Shown here one piece after another: positions 25,794-34,232 of a DNA stretch of 57,901 nt. Every line of letters begins with the position of its first letter. Position 1 is the first letter of the stretch. Origin of the DNA: Candidatus Saccharimonadia bacterium (lineage in GTDB: Bacteria; Patescibacteriota; Saccharimonadia; UBA4664; SCTI01). The notes below the pieces were generated by a model. That model did not search any database. It had not been told where the DNA came from and saw nothing but the letters and a program-made list of their open reading frames with translations. The DNA is taken from assembly GCA_046597065.1 (NCBI GenBank), contig JBKJLI010000003.1:356841-414741 (forward strand), in the 5' to 3' direction. The translations under genes were made by a program, and so were the position numbers.

Positions 25794-27097
25794 TTATTGC
25801 TAAACTCCAAAAAAATTGGCGTACCACTAAAATCATGAGCAGCGCGCAAGCCATTTTCTAGATAACGCTTATACGAAAAATGCACCAAATCGGGATAGCT
25901 CGAAAAGAAGGTAAAGGTTGGTGGTTTATGACCGGTTTGGGTGGCATACTTTATTTTTGGCCGCTTACCCTTTAATCCGGCTGGTGGTTGCCGAGCAAGC
26001 AGAGGCGAAACGATCCGATTAAGTTCACCAGTTGGAACCTGGATGGTGCGGCGCTCAGCAATTTCTAGTGCCAGCCCAAACAGCTTGGTAATATTTAAGC
26101 CATGGGTGGCAGAGGTATAAACCAGAGGTGCCCATGGGGCAAAAGCAAAGTCGCGCATTAGTCGTCGGGTTAGCCGCTCTTGGGTGCCAGTTTCTTTTTC
26201 AACCACATCCCATTTGTTCACAACTAGAATCAACCCCTTACCGGCCTCTAAGACCATACCGGCGATTGCTTGGTCGCCGGCTACCGCCAGCTCATCGGCA
26301 TCCATTACGATGGCGCAGACGTCGGCCTGGCCAATGGCAGCCATTGTGCGCAGGGCGCTGAACTTTTCGACACCGCGCTCTATTTTGCCGCGACGTCGCA
26401 AGCCAGCGGTATCTAGTAATGTGATGGTTTCGTTGTGATAACGCACTCGGGCAGTGGCAACGTCGCGGGTGGTGCCGGGGGTGTCTGAAACCACCGCTTG
26501 TTGCTTGCCGACCAGCGCATTAAGTAAGCTCGATTTACCAACGTTGGGTCGTCCTAAGAGCGCCAGTTTAACACCGGGTTCGGCATCATCGGGTTTAGGC
26601 GCGGCCTCAACTAGTTTGGTGATCTCGTCCAACAAGTCTCCAGTACCTTGCCCGTGGATAGCCGAAGTTTCCATTATCTGCTTTACGCCTAAACGTTCGA
26701 GGGCATCTACTAGTCCTTTGGCTGCAGTATCGATTTTATTGGCTACAAGTATCACCGGCTTACCGGTTTTTAGTGCTAGCTTGGCTGCCTGCCTATCCTC
26801 ATTAGTAAGCATGCTGCCAGCATCAACCACTACCAGCAAAACGGCGGCAATATCGGCAACCTCTGCCAGCTGATCCTGTACTTGGCTTTCGATGTCATTG
26901 GCGCTTTTCTGTAGTCCGGCGGTGTCAACCAGCATAAAGTAACGTCCACCCCACTCTACGTTGCCGTAGTTAGCGTCGCGAGTGGTACCAGCGGTTTCGT
27001 GTACGATCGCTTGACGTCGTCCCACCAGCCGGTTAAACAGACTCGATTTGCCGACGTTTGGGCGGCCAATAATTGCAATTAAGGGGGTCACTGCCAT
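25790..27097 (-). CDS. der: Ribosome-associated GTPase Der (EngA), two G domains + KH-like C-terminus
   Basis: GRPNVGKSS occurs twice (IAIIGRPNVGKSS and LALLGRPNVGKSS). DTAG twice, NKID/NKWD. The ATG at 27097 has AGGAA 6 nt upstream; the track start at 27118 is less likely. Confidence 0.93.
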   Translation of the reverse strand: MAVTPLIAIIGRPNVGKSSLFNRLVGRRQAIVHETAGTTRDANYGNVEWGGRYFMLVDTAGLQKSANDIESQVQDQLAEVADIAAVLLVVVDAGSMLTNEDRQAAKLALKTGKPVILVANKIDTAAKGLVDALERLGVKQIMETSAIHGQGTGDLLDEITKLVEAAPKPDDAEPGVKLALLGRPNVGKSSLLNALVGKQQAVVSDTPGTTRDVATARVRYHNETITLLDTAGLRRRGKIERGVEKFSALRTMAAIGQADVCAIVMDADELAVAGDQAIAGMVLEAGKGLILVVNKWDVVEKETGTQERLTRRLMRDFAFAPWAPLVYTSATHGLNITKLFGLALEIAERRTIQVPTGELNRIVSPLLARQPPAGLKGKRPKIKYATQTGHKPPTFTFFSSYPDLVHFSYKRYLENGLRAAHDFSGTPIFLEFSNK

Positions 27098-27987
27098 TGA
27101 AAGTTCCTGTTTATCCATGCTGCTAGTCGGCTAGATTCGCCAAAGCGGTCTGGGCTGCCTAACACTGCGGTTACGATTTGATGCCCGTTGCTCTCTGTTA
27201 GCCCCACAAAACACTCGCCTGCAGCTAAGGTGTATCCCGTCTTTATACCTGAAAAACCGCCATTTTGCAACAATTGGTTGGTAGTTTCAAGGTTTATTCG
27301 ACGTCCGCCTTGGCTCGTAATTGCCAGGTTTTTGGTGTTAACCAATTTAGAAAGATCGGTGTTGTGCAGAACCAATAATCCCATTTGGGCTACCGCTTGT
27401 ACGCTAGCACCATTACCACTATCTATAAGCCCACTGGGATTGTTAAAGTTTATGTCACCAATTCCCCATTCCTTCAGCCGGGCGTTCATGTTTACAGCAA
27501 AAGCCTCCTTGCTGCCACTATCCATAATTGCGAGTGCGTCAGCGGCATCGTTTCCAGAACCAATTAACGCCGCTGCCACCAAATCGCGCACTTTCCAGCG
27601 TTCACCAGCCGCCAGGCCTACCAACTCATCTTCGGGTTTGTAAATTGGTAGACTTGGGACTGTTACGAGCTGGTCTAGGCTGTGGCTATGTAGCACCGTT
27701 ATAACGGTAGCTAGCTTGGTAATTGATGCTATCGGGAGCTGTGAATCGCTGTTCTTGCTGTACAATATCCGCCCACTAACGCGATCTATGGCTATCGCCG
27801 ACTTAGCCTCGAGTTCTAACGGTTGGCTGCCGGTTTTAATTGGCTGCACCGCAATTATAGGTGGTGGTACGGTAGTGGTAGATTGTTCAATTTGGCTACC
27901 CAACGCCAAAATACCGGGCCATAGTGAAACGAAGCTTGTCCCAGGTAACAGCGCCACCAATATTAATAAAATGGTCGTCAAACTCAT
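27088..27987 (-). CDS. D-alanyl-D-alanine carboxypeptidase (peptidase S11, PBP5/6 type)
   Basis: Signal/TM N-terminus, SITK (SxxK), SGNDAA (SxN), KTGYT (KTG). ATG at 27987 forms an ATGA overlap with the upstream stop. Confidence 0.85.
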   Translation of the reverse strand: MSLTTILLILVALLPGTSFVSLWPGILALGSQIEQSTTTVPPPIIAVQPIKTGSQPLELEAKSAIAIDRVSGRILYSKNSDSQLPIASITKLATVITVLHSHSLDQLVTVPSLPIYKPEDELVGLAAGERWKVRDLVAAALIGSGNDAADALAIMDSGSKEAFAVNMNARLKEWGIGDINFNNPSGLIDSGNGASVQAVAQMGLLVLHNTDLSKLVNTKNLAITSQGGRRINLETTNQLLQNGGFSGIKTGYTLAAGECFVGLTESNGHQIVTAVLGSPDRFGESSRLAAWINRNFQWQ

Positions 27988-28637
27988 GGGGTTAAGTCCC
28001 GCCACTGTCCGCTGGCTAAATCGCCTAATTCAATATCACCCAGGTTTATTCGGTGTAAGCGGTCTACTCGATACTTTAAGGCTCCAAAGCTGCGCCTAAT
28101 TTGGCGATTGCGCCCCTCGCCAAGGCTAACTATTAAACTTCCGCCACTGGCTTTAATATGCAACCGGCTTAAGCCGTCATTTAGCTTTATACCCTGCTCT
28201 AGATGTGAATGGTCGGCGGTTGTAAGTTTGCGGTCTAGTTCTACAACGTAACGCTTAAGCTTACCCTTAGATGGATGTGCCAATCGGTGGGCTAGCTCGC
28301 CGTCATTGGTTAGCACCATCAGGCCGGACGATTCGGCATCTAGCCGTCCAACTGGTTTAAGATGATGCAGCTCAGGCGGTAAGAGCTCGTAAATTGTCGG
28401 CCGTTCATCTTGCTTCAGGCGGCTGGCAACATAGCCAACCGGCTTGTTTAACACAATCGTCTGTAGCGTTAAAGCAACCAGCCGCTCGCTATCAAGCTCA
28501 ATAACATCATTATCTTCTACTGTTTGGCCAATAGCGCCAGGCTTGCCATTAACCATAATCTTGCCATCAGTAATTAGGGTGTCGGCGGCTCGCCGCGACT
28601 TCCCGGTAGCAGCGGCCACAAAACGGTTTAGGCGCAT
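27984..28637 (-). CDS. Pseudouridine synthase, RsuA/RluB family, with an S4 domain
   Basis: MRLNRFVAAATGKSRRAADTLITDGKIMVNG (S4), catalytic GRLDAESSGLMVLTNDG. The ATG at 28637 lies 5 nt below the response-regulator stop; the track extension to 28757 overlaps that gene and is rejected. Confidence 0.88.
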   Translation of the reverse strand: MRLNRFVAAATGKSRRAADTLITDGKIMVNGKPGAIGQTVEDNDVIELDSERLVALTLQTIVLNKPVGYVASRLKQDERPTIYELLPPELHHLKPVGRLDAESSGLMVLTNDGELAHRLAHPSKGKLKRYVVELDRKLTTADHSHLEQGIKLNDGLSRLHIKASGGSLIVSLGEGRNRQIRRSFGALKYRVDRLHRINLGDIELGDLASGQWRDLTP

Positions 28638-28641
28638 AAAG

Positions 28642-29145
28642 CTACGTTTGGTTAGGGTCGTCGTTCGCAGGGGCCGGAGTTGGCGGAGCCGGCTCAGGGG
28701 CGGGCATTTGTGTCGGTGCAGCTGATGGTGCTGGAGTGGGGGCGCTAGCCGGGCCACTTGCAGGCTTAGTAGGAGTCTCGCCGCCTAATACTTGGTTAAC
28801 CGAGGCAATCACGTCTTCTAGGGTCACTTGTGACTTAACCAAGTACTTATTTACGCCAAGGGCTTCGCCGCGGGCACGATCGGAGTCTTGGCCTAGTGCG
28901 GTCATCATAATCACTTTAACCGTTTTGGTTTCGGGCGTTGAGCGTAAAATATCCAGGACATCAAAGCCACTGATTTTAGGCATCATTACGTCCAAAATGA
29001 TTAAGTCGGGATGTTCGCGCATGGCTACCGCCAATGCTTCTTCACCATCAGCTGCCGTTACAACATTATGCTTATCGGCCTGCAAGCGCGCACCATATAT
29101 ATCGCGCAAGTTAAAATCGTCTTCAACCAGTAAAATCTTCGACAT
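28642..29145 (-). CDS. Response regulator, receiver domain + Pro/Ala-rich tail, no DNA-binding output
   Basis: ILLVEDD, DLIILDVMMPKISG, MMTAL, KYLVKS, then PTKPASGPASAPTPAPSAAPTQMPAPEPAPPTPAP. Confidence 0.9.
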   Translation of the reverse strand: MSKILLVEDDFNLRDIYGARLQADKHNVVTAADGEEALAVAMREHPDLIILDVMMPKISGFDVLDILRSTPETKTVKVIMMTALGQDSDRARGEALGVNKYLVKSQVTLEDVIASVNQVLGGETPTKPASGPASAPTPAPSAAPTQMPAPEPAPPTPAPANDDPNQT

Positions 29146-29195
29146 TAGAGGATCCCTTTGCTAAAAAGCATAACAATATTAGCCACCATCTGCAA

Positions 29196-31046
29196 CTATC
29201 TGGCCGCAACCGGCTTCTTAATATCGGTAACAGTCCGGTCGCTAGCATCAATCGGTGCGCTTACAGGAGGCGGCGGCATAGGGGCAGTAGCTAAGGCCGC
29301 CTGGGGGCTATGAACCACCGGCTTAGTAATTCGCTGGCTAGGATCGGTTGATGATTCCGGTCCGGCCAGGCTGCCAATAATCGCCGGTTTTTTAACGAGC
29401 TTCTCGCTGGGTTGGCGCGGCAGGGTAAAGTTAAAGCTACTACCTTCTCCGATATGGCTTTCAACCCAAATTCGACCGCCAGAATGTTCGATAATACTGC
29501 GGCAAAGGTACAACCCCAACCCAGTACCTCCAATAGTACGGGTGGCGGTGCTATCGATACGGTAAAACTTCTGGAACAAATGCTGTATGTCCTCTTCGGC
29601 AATACCTATGCCACTATCAGCGACCGATATCGTAACGCTATCGCTGGTGCCACCAATACCTACACGTACGCTACCACTAGCGGTAAACTTAATGGCATTT
29701 TCGAGCAAGTTCATGGTTACTTCGCGAATTCGCTGAGGGTTGGCCTTAACCGCGTAAACCGGAATTACATTGTGATCGCGACGGACTTTTTGATCGGCTG
29801 GCCCAAACTGTAAATCTAAACCTTTCTTTTCGGCTTCAAAACGCATGTCATCTACAGCGTCGGCTATCAGCTTGCCGGCATCAAAGTATTCTACCGTGGT
29901 AGCACGTCCGTCTTCTAACTTGGTCACAGATAGCAAGTCCCTAAATAACTCACCCAAATGCTGGGTAGCGGCATGGGCTTTAACTAAGTAGCCCTTAGCT
30001 CGATCGTCTACGGTTGCAACCGCACTGTTCATTGCCAAGCTCAGGTATCCTTCAACCGCTGCCACCGGTGTACGCATTTCATGAGAGGCGGTCGAAATAA
30101 ACTCGTTGCGCTGGCGCTCCACCGCTTTTTCGGCGCTAATATCACGGAACAGGCCAATTGCCCCAGTGATTGAATTATTGCTAATAATTGGTGACAACGA
30201 AATCTCGACGGCAATTTTACGACCCGCCTTGGTTTCCATGGTCAGCTCGGTGCTTACCAAGTTCTTGCCAGACTGCCAAACCTTAGTTATCGGATCGGAG
30301 ATGTCCGTCAGCTTGCTCCCGGCACTGTCGCGCAGGTTTAACACTAGTCGGTAGTCGATACCGGTGGCGCTTTGCAGATCCCACCCGGTTAGCTTGGCAG
30401 CAGCTGGGTTAAACAGCTGAATCTGGCGAGCGGTGTTCATTACCAACACGCCCTCGCCCACGCTCTGCATTATGGCCTCAGATTTAAGTGACTCCTCGCT
30501 CAGCTTGCCCGAAAGCCGCGCCACCGTTTCGTGGTGGTCAGCTCTCCCCAAGGTGCGGTGGATCCACTCCGATACTCCGCCAGTGCCATAGCTAAGCACA
30601 ATTACACCCAGATGAGAAATAAAATAGCTCGAGCTGGCTCCAGGCGCCACCCACGCCTCGTAGGCCACGTAGGCCGATGTAACCAGCACTACTATTAGCG
30701 TGGCGCCAGCGCCAAAGAAGCCGGCCACCACAATACCCAGTAGCCACATCGCGTAGTAGGGCGAATCCAGTCCGCCGGTGGCAATAATGATTAGCATTAC
30801 GGTGGTGGCGGTGATTAAGCTAACCATGATCGATGAAAATTTGAGGTGATTTTTCTTTAGCAACTGGTGCAAGCTAACATAGTACAGTAGGGCCAATGCC
30901 CCGAACCCGCCGATTACCACGGTCAAACTAGCGTTGCGCAGCGAATCGGGCGTCAACAGATACACCGCCAGCGTCGTGCCGGCAATTATTGCCCCCATCA
31001 TCGCCTGTAGCGCGGCGAGTACTCTATAGCGCTTGGCTAAATCCAA
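29196..31046 (-). CDS. Membrane sensor histidine kinase (multi-TM + PAS + HisKA + HATPase_c)
   Basis: Five to six N-terminal TM helices, a PAS-like segment, H-box FISTASHEMRTPV, NLLENAIKFT, DSGIGI, GGTGLGLYLCRSIIEHSGG. TTG start 5 nt after GAGGG. Confidence 0.9.
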   Translation of the reverse strand: MDLAKRYRVLAALQAMMGAIIAGTTLAVYLLTPDSLRNASLTVVIGGFGALALLYYVSLHQLLKKNHLKFSSIMVSLITATTVMLIIIATGGLDSPYYAMWLLGIVVAGFFGAGATLIVVLVTSAYVAYEAWVAPGASSSYFISHLGVIVLSYGTGGVSEWIHRTLGRADHHETVARLSGKLSEESLKSEAIMQSVGEGVLVMNTARQIQLFNPAAAKLTGWDLQSATGIDYRLVLNLRDSAGSKLTDISDPITKVWQSGKNLVSTELTMETKAGRKIAVEISLSPIISNNSITGAIGLFRDISAEKAVERQRNEFISTASHEMRTPVAAVEGYLSLAMNSAVATVDDRAKGYLVKAHAATQHLGELFRDLLSVTKLEDGRATTVEYFDAGKLIADAVDDMRFEAEKKGLDLQFGPADQKVRRDHNVIPVYAVKANPQRIREVTMNLLENAIKFTASGSVRVGIGGTSDSVTISVADSGIGIAEEDIQHLFQKFYRIDSTATRTIGGTGLGLYLCRSIIEHSGGRIWVESHIGEGSSFNFTLPRQPSEKLVKKPAIIGSLAGPESSTDPSQRITKPVVHSPQAALATAPMPPPPVSAPIDASDRTVTDIKKPVAAR

Positions 31047-31145
31047 TCAACCCTCTTATGTTTGCTCCTATATTATGGGCGTTTTACCCTGATCTGCCAA
31101 GGGGTATGGTCGGTTAACCGCGGCTAAGTTGTTATCTGGATCCAG

Positions 31146-31646
31146 ATGAGCAATAATGATGACAATCTTGCACCTACCATAAAGGAGTTCGCAGTGTGTA
31201 CTGATCGCCGAATTGAACGGTCCGTGCAGATAATGTTGTTTGGGAGCGACTGTCTGGACATCATCTTCATGCTGGCCCACCTTCGGCAGAGTTACTCCCT
31301 GTCGAGCCAAGACGTCAATCGAACCCCGATCGTGGAGCGAACCGCCCAGCTGTTCGACGAGCTGGCGGCCGAGGATGATGGCCTCGAAGCCGTACAGAGG
31401 ATCCTGCGCCTGCCGTCTAGCCGGCTGAACGAGGTTCTCTTTGCCGGTGAGGCGCTCGACCGAGCTGTGGCTGTGGTCCGGCCAGGAGAAGCCGTGGCCG
31501 CCGTGGCCGCCGAGGTTCGTGATCTGCTGCAGCAGATTCTCGATGACCAGCCGCTTACCGGCGCGCAAGAGGCGTTCGGATTGGAGCTGTTCGGCGAGCT
31601 GCAGGTGGCAGCCTACGCTGGCTCGCCCTACGCGGCAGCGCTGTAA
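31146..31646 (+). CDS. Hypothetical acidic helical protein (166 aa); strand assignment uncertain
   Basis: A same-length mirror ORF exists on the - strand (31068-31568) with identical codon boundaries. The + strand is favoured by G-rich first codon positions (hand count), a plausible amphipathic-helix translation, and a strong +-strand terminator directly downstream. The - strand is favoured by GC3 > GC1. Confidence 0.45.
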   Translation: MSNNDDNLAPTIKEFAVCTDRRIERSVQIMLFGSDCLDIIFMLAHLRQSYSLSSQDVNRTPIVERTAQLFDELAAEDDGLEAVQRILRLPSSRLNEVLFAGEALDRAVAVVRPGEAVAAVAAEVRDLLQQILDDQPLTGAQEAFGLELFGELQVAAYAGSPYAAAL

Positions 31647-31658
31647 CCGCTCTGCCCC

Positions 31659-31703
31659 GGGGCACGAAACTTGAGAATCAACCCTCTGGTTTCGTGCCCT
31701 TTT
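31659..31703 (+). terminator. Rho-independent terminator
   Basis: GGGCACGAAAC (31660-31670) pairs with GTTTCGTGCCC (31689-31699), an 11-bp perfect stem, followed by TTTT. Confidence 0.8.
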
Positions 31704-31792
31704 GCACGACTTAGATCTATACTTTGGGCTCTAAATTTGCTAATATACTCGAGTTCAAGTACTTCGTGGCCGCCAAAACAGCGCCGCGATTT

Positions 31793-31867
31793 GGTCCCAT
31801 CGTCTAGCGGTTAGGACGCTGGATTCTCATTCCAGTAACCGGGGTTCGATTCCCCGTGGGACTACCA
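31793..31867 (+). tRNA. tRNA-Glu (anticodon CTC), CCA encoded
   Basis: Hand-folded cloverleaf: acceptor GGTCCCA/TGGGACT (G-T at 1:72), D arm GTC..GAC, anticodon stem CTGGA/TCCAG with loop TTCTCAT, T arm CGGGG-TTCGATT-CCCCG, then A-CCA. Confidence 0.9.
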
Positions 31868-31881
31868 TAGATGATTCAGAG

Positions 31882-31900
31882 GGCGCATCGGCGCTTTTTT
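31882..31900 (+). terminator. Short hairpin + T6 after tRNA-Glu
   Basis: GCGC-ATCG-GCGC (31883-31894) followed by TTTTTT (31895-31900). Confidence 0.5.
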
Positions 31901-31915
31901 GGTATACTTCCAGTT

Positions 31916-32101
31916 ATGAAAGAAGACAACAGGTCAGCAATTTGGGGAGGTGCTACAGCTGGACTGATAATTGGGTTAGTCCTAGGTTTTTTCGTCGGCA
32001 ATTATTGGAACACAGTAATTAAGTCGGTCATCGTAGGTATTATATTCGGCGTAGCGGCAAATTTACTATCATTTATCGGGACTAAAATTAAACGCCAATA
32101 G
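31916..32101 (+). CDS. Small two-TM membrane protein (61 aa)
   Basis: MKEDNRSAIWGGATAGLIIGLVLGFFVGNYW...VIVGIIFGVAANLLSFIG. The ATG at 31916 lies after the tRNA terminator; the track start at 31871 overlaps that terminator. Confidence 0.55.
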   Translation: MKEDNRSAIWGGATAGLIIGLVLGFFVGNYWNTVIKSVIVGIIFGVAANLLSFIGTKIKRQ

Positions 32102-32186
32102 TCTTACAATTACGCCTACGCCAATATTTTTAATAACCTACCTCTTTGACATTTATGCTATTCTAGCCTTACCAAAGGTATAAACA

Positions 32187-32745
32187 ATGAAAAACTGGTA
32201 CAAGCAGTTATCGAATCTCAAAAAAGCCGGAATTATAATCGCAAGTTTAGCGGTAGTTAGGAGTTGTTGGTGCAGCCTCAAACTCACCCACATCACAACA
32301 AGTGCAAAATCGTACAGCAGATCGCACTGAAAATGAAGTAACTGAGACTGAAGTAATTAGTTATGAATCACAAAAAGTTGAAGACTCAACCATCGCAAAA
32401 GGTCAAACTTCGGTCAAGCAAAAAGGTGTCAACGGTACAAAATCCATTAAGTGGAAGGTCATCTATATAGATGGTAAGGAGGCTAACCGTGAGAGGGTAT
32501 CAGAAACAGTGACGTTAGCGCCGGTAACCGAAATTATTTCACAAGGAACCTACGTCGCACCGGCTCCTCCCGCTGTTAAATCTTCATGCGATCCTAATTA
32601 CACCGGATGTGTCCCCATCGCTAGTGATGTTGATTGCGCAGGAGGTAGCGGAAATGGTCCGGCGTATGTCAGCGGCCCAATCAGAGTAATTGGATCGGAT
32701 ATCTATGGGCTTGATCGAGATGGTGACGGCATAGCTTGTGAATAA
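32187..32745 (+). pseudogene. Secreted G5-domain + Excalibur-domain protein, interrupted by a 1-nt frameshift near 32257-32262
   Basis: ATG 32187 (AAAGG upstream) encodes the signal anchor MKNWYKQLSNLKKAGIIIASLAVV, then runs into a stop at 32328. The next frame is open from 32257 and continues GVVGAASNSPTSQQ..., followed by a G5-like region (TETEVISYESQKVEDSTIAKGQTSVKQKGVNGTK...VTEIISQGT) and Excalibur (CDPNYTGC...DRDGDGIACE). Confidence 0.7.
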
Positions 32746-33013
32746 TAATTACTTAGTGGCCAACTTTGGTGTAAAGCCATCTGGAATTGACGTTACCGAG
32801 CAGGTCAATTACTTAAAAAGCCATGGTTACAATATTAATATTTCTCAGACCGGCGAGAATCGGCCTGAACAGTACGTCTCAAATCAGGGCGGGTCTCCTC
32901 CGTTAGCCAAGCCAAGTATATCCTACTTCGAAATTGCGGCTATTTCCTCCATTATCCTACTTGCCGCTGCAGTATGTTTTCTGGCAATTGTTTTAATGCG
33001 TAAAATTTCGTAA
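32738..33013 (+). CDS. Hypothetical tail-anchored membrane protein (91 aa)
   Basis: GTG start overlaps the preceding stop (GTGAATAA). C-terminal TM IAAISSIILLAAAVCFLAIVLM. A+T-rich. Confidence 0.5.
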   Translation: MNNNYLVANFGVKPSGIDVTEQVNYLKSHGYNINISQTGENRPEQYVSNQGGSPPLAKPSISYFEIAAISSIILLAAAVCFLAIVLMRKIS

Positions 33014-33022
33014 AGAGAAATA

Positions 33023-33301
33023 ATGGACTTACTCCAGCAGGATTCAATTAAACATATACTCATAGGCGCACTTTGGGTGTCTTGTGGTATTTGGAGCATG
33101 CTGATCGCTCAGCGTAAGCGTATGGACCGATTTACTGCCTTGCTCACAGGAGTAATATTTGGCTTCTTAGCAGTCCTCTACTACATGCTTGCCGACAGGG
33201 AGAAGTCTCCAAGGGAAAGTAACCCAAGTGTCTTATATGCGCTGGTGGCAATTTTAATTGCAGTAATGATCTGTGGCACCATCGTTATAGTCAATAAATA
33301 A
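33023..33301 (+). CDS. Hypothetical three-TM membrane protein (92 aa)
   Basis: Three hydrophobic helices (ILIGALWVSCGIWSMLIA, LLTGVIFGFLAVLYYML, LYALVAILIAVMICGTIVIV). Confidence 0.5.
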   Translation: MDLLQQDSIKHILIGALWVSCGIWSMLIAQRKRMDRFTALLTGVIFGFLAVLYYMLADREKSPRESNPSVLYALVAILIAVMICGTIVIVNK

Positions 33302-33351
33302 ATTTCCTTGGGTAGCATTGATTACCATGGAGTGGAATTAATGGCACTTTC

Positions 33352-33475
33352 TAATTACGGTTCACATCCCGCCAGGGAGAGGTCTTAACGGATGCACATC
33401 TCTCAATAACACATACCACTCACTTACCTCCCCTATGATTTGGTTCCAATTCGATAACAGATGGTCTACCAATTG
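33352..33475 (+). repeat. Intergenic repeat, copy 1 (about 120 nt)
   Basis: Aligns by eye with 33991-34111. The core ATACCACTCACTTACCTCCCCTATGATTTGGTTCCAATTCGA is about 90% identical to copy 2, and about 80% over the 95-nt segment 33381-33475 vs 34017-34111 (hand alignment). Confidence 0.75.
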
Positions 33476-33519
33476 CAATTACGCTATCGACCGCAGGGTC
33501 GCTTTGTTATTATGGTTTT

Positions 33520-33993
33520 ATGATATTCATTACAGGCGCTGCTAGCGCAGGGAAAACCTCATTAATTGATCGACTAAAAGCGCAGCTACCGAGTGATAAA
33601 TTCGACATTCATGATATAGATGAAGCCGACAAGTGGGAGGACGACTATGAAGCTTGGCGCAATGCAAAAATTGAGCAATCGCTTAAGCAGTCCATCCAAA
33701 ATAAGAAAAACGGAATTGAAACAATCCTTTGTGGGATTATATATCCGGAAGACGTCGCAAAGTGTCATTCTTTTCATGATGCGGGGCCAATACGCTACAT
33801 CCTTCTAGATGCTTCGCCGGAAGCTTTAAAAGCAAGGTTTTATATGCGCTTAGAAGGTCGGATAAATAGACAAATTGAAATCAGCAACGAGATTAAAAAA
33901 GAAATTTTAGGGATTGAGGGCGCAGATATTATAGACACCTCGCCACTTTCGACAGAAAACATCACTAGGTTGGTTACGAAAAAGTTTCAGTAA
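33520..33993 (+). CDS. P-loop NTPase / small-molecule or nucleotide kinase-like protein (157 aa)
   Basis: Walker A at the extreme N-terminus, MIFITGAASAGKTSLIDRL; size and layout match AAA_33/NMP-kinase-like proteins. A+T-rich. Bracketed by the two repeat copies. Confidence 0.6.
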   Translation: MIFITGAASAGKTSLIDRLKAQLPSDKFDIHDIDEADKWEDDYEAWRNAKIEQSLKQSIQNKKNGIETILCGIIYPEDVAKCHSFHDAGPIRYILLDASPEALKARFYMRLEGRINRQIEISNEIKKEILGIEGADIIDTSPLSTENITRLVTKKFQ

Positions 33994-34111
33994 TTAGTTT
34001 TCATAAGGCCCGGGTAGGTCATTAACGGATATACACTCTTAAGTAACTCATACCACTCATTCACCTCCCCTATGATGTGGTGCCAATTCGACATTAGATG
34101 ATTTACCATTG
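33991..34111 (+). repeat. Intergenic repeat, copy 2
   Basis: Starts at the TAA stop of the kinase ORF. See copy 1. A weak third relative may start at the stop of the 31916-32101 ORF (32101-32158: GTCTTA..AATAAC..CTACCTC..ATTTATG). Confidence 0.75.
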
Positions 34112-34232
34112 TAAAAAACGCATTAATATGTTAATATAACGTTTAATCCCTGGTCTATTGGCCTGGTGGCTCCTTTGGGGGTAACGCGAGTCTTTGCGCA
34201 CACAGAGACACTTTGACAGAAAGGCGGATCTA

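Noticed and set aside
26454-26873. Long antisense ORFs inside der, dac, the receiver gene, dus, the zinc-ribbon gene and others (for example 26454-26873, 27188-27643, 28736-29164, 23401-23745, 43927-44307, 39263-39589).
   Set aside because: All lie fully inside well-supported genes on the other strand, have Ser/Arg/Pro/Leu-rich low-information translations, and lack RBS or promoter signals.
33352-34111. Considered integron attC sites or a MITE for the ~120-nt repeats.
   Set aside because: The ends do not fit RYYYAAC ... GTTRRRY cores. There are no terminal inverted repeats or target-site duplications, and no intI nearby.
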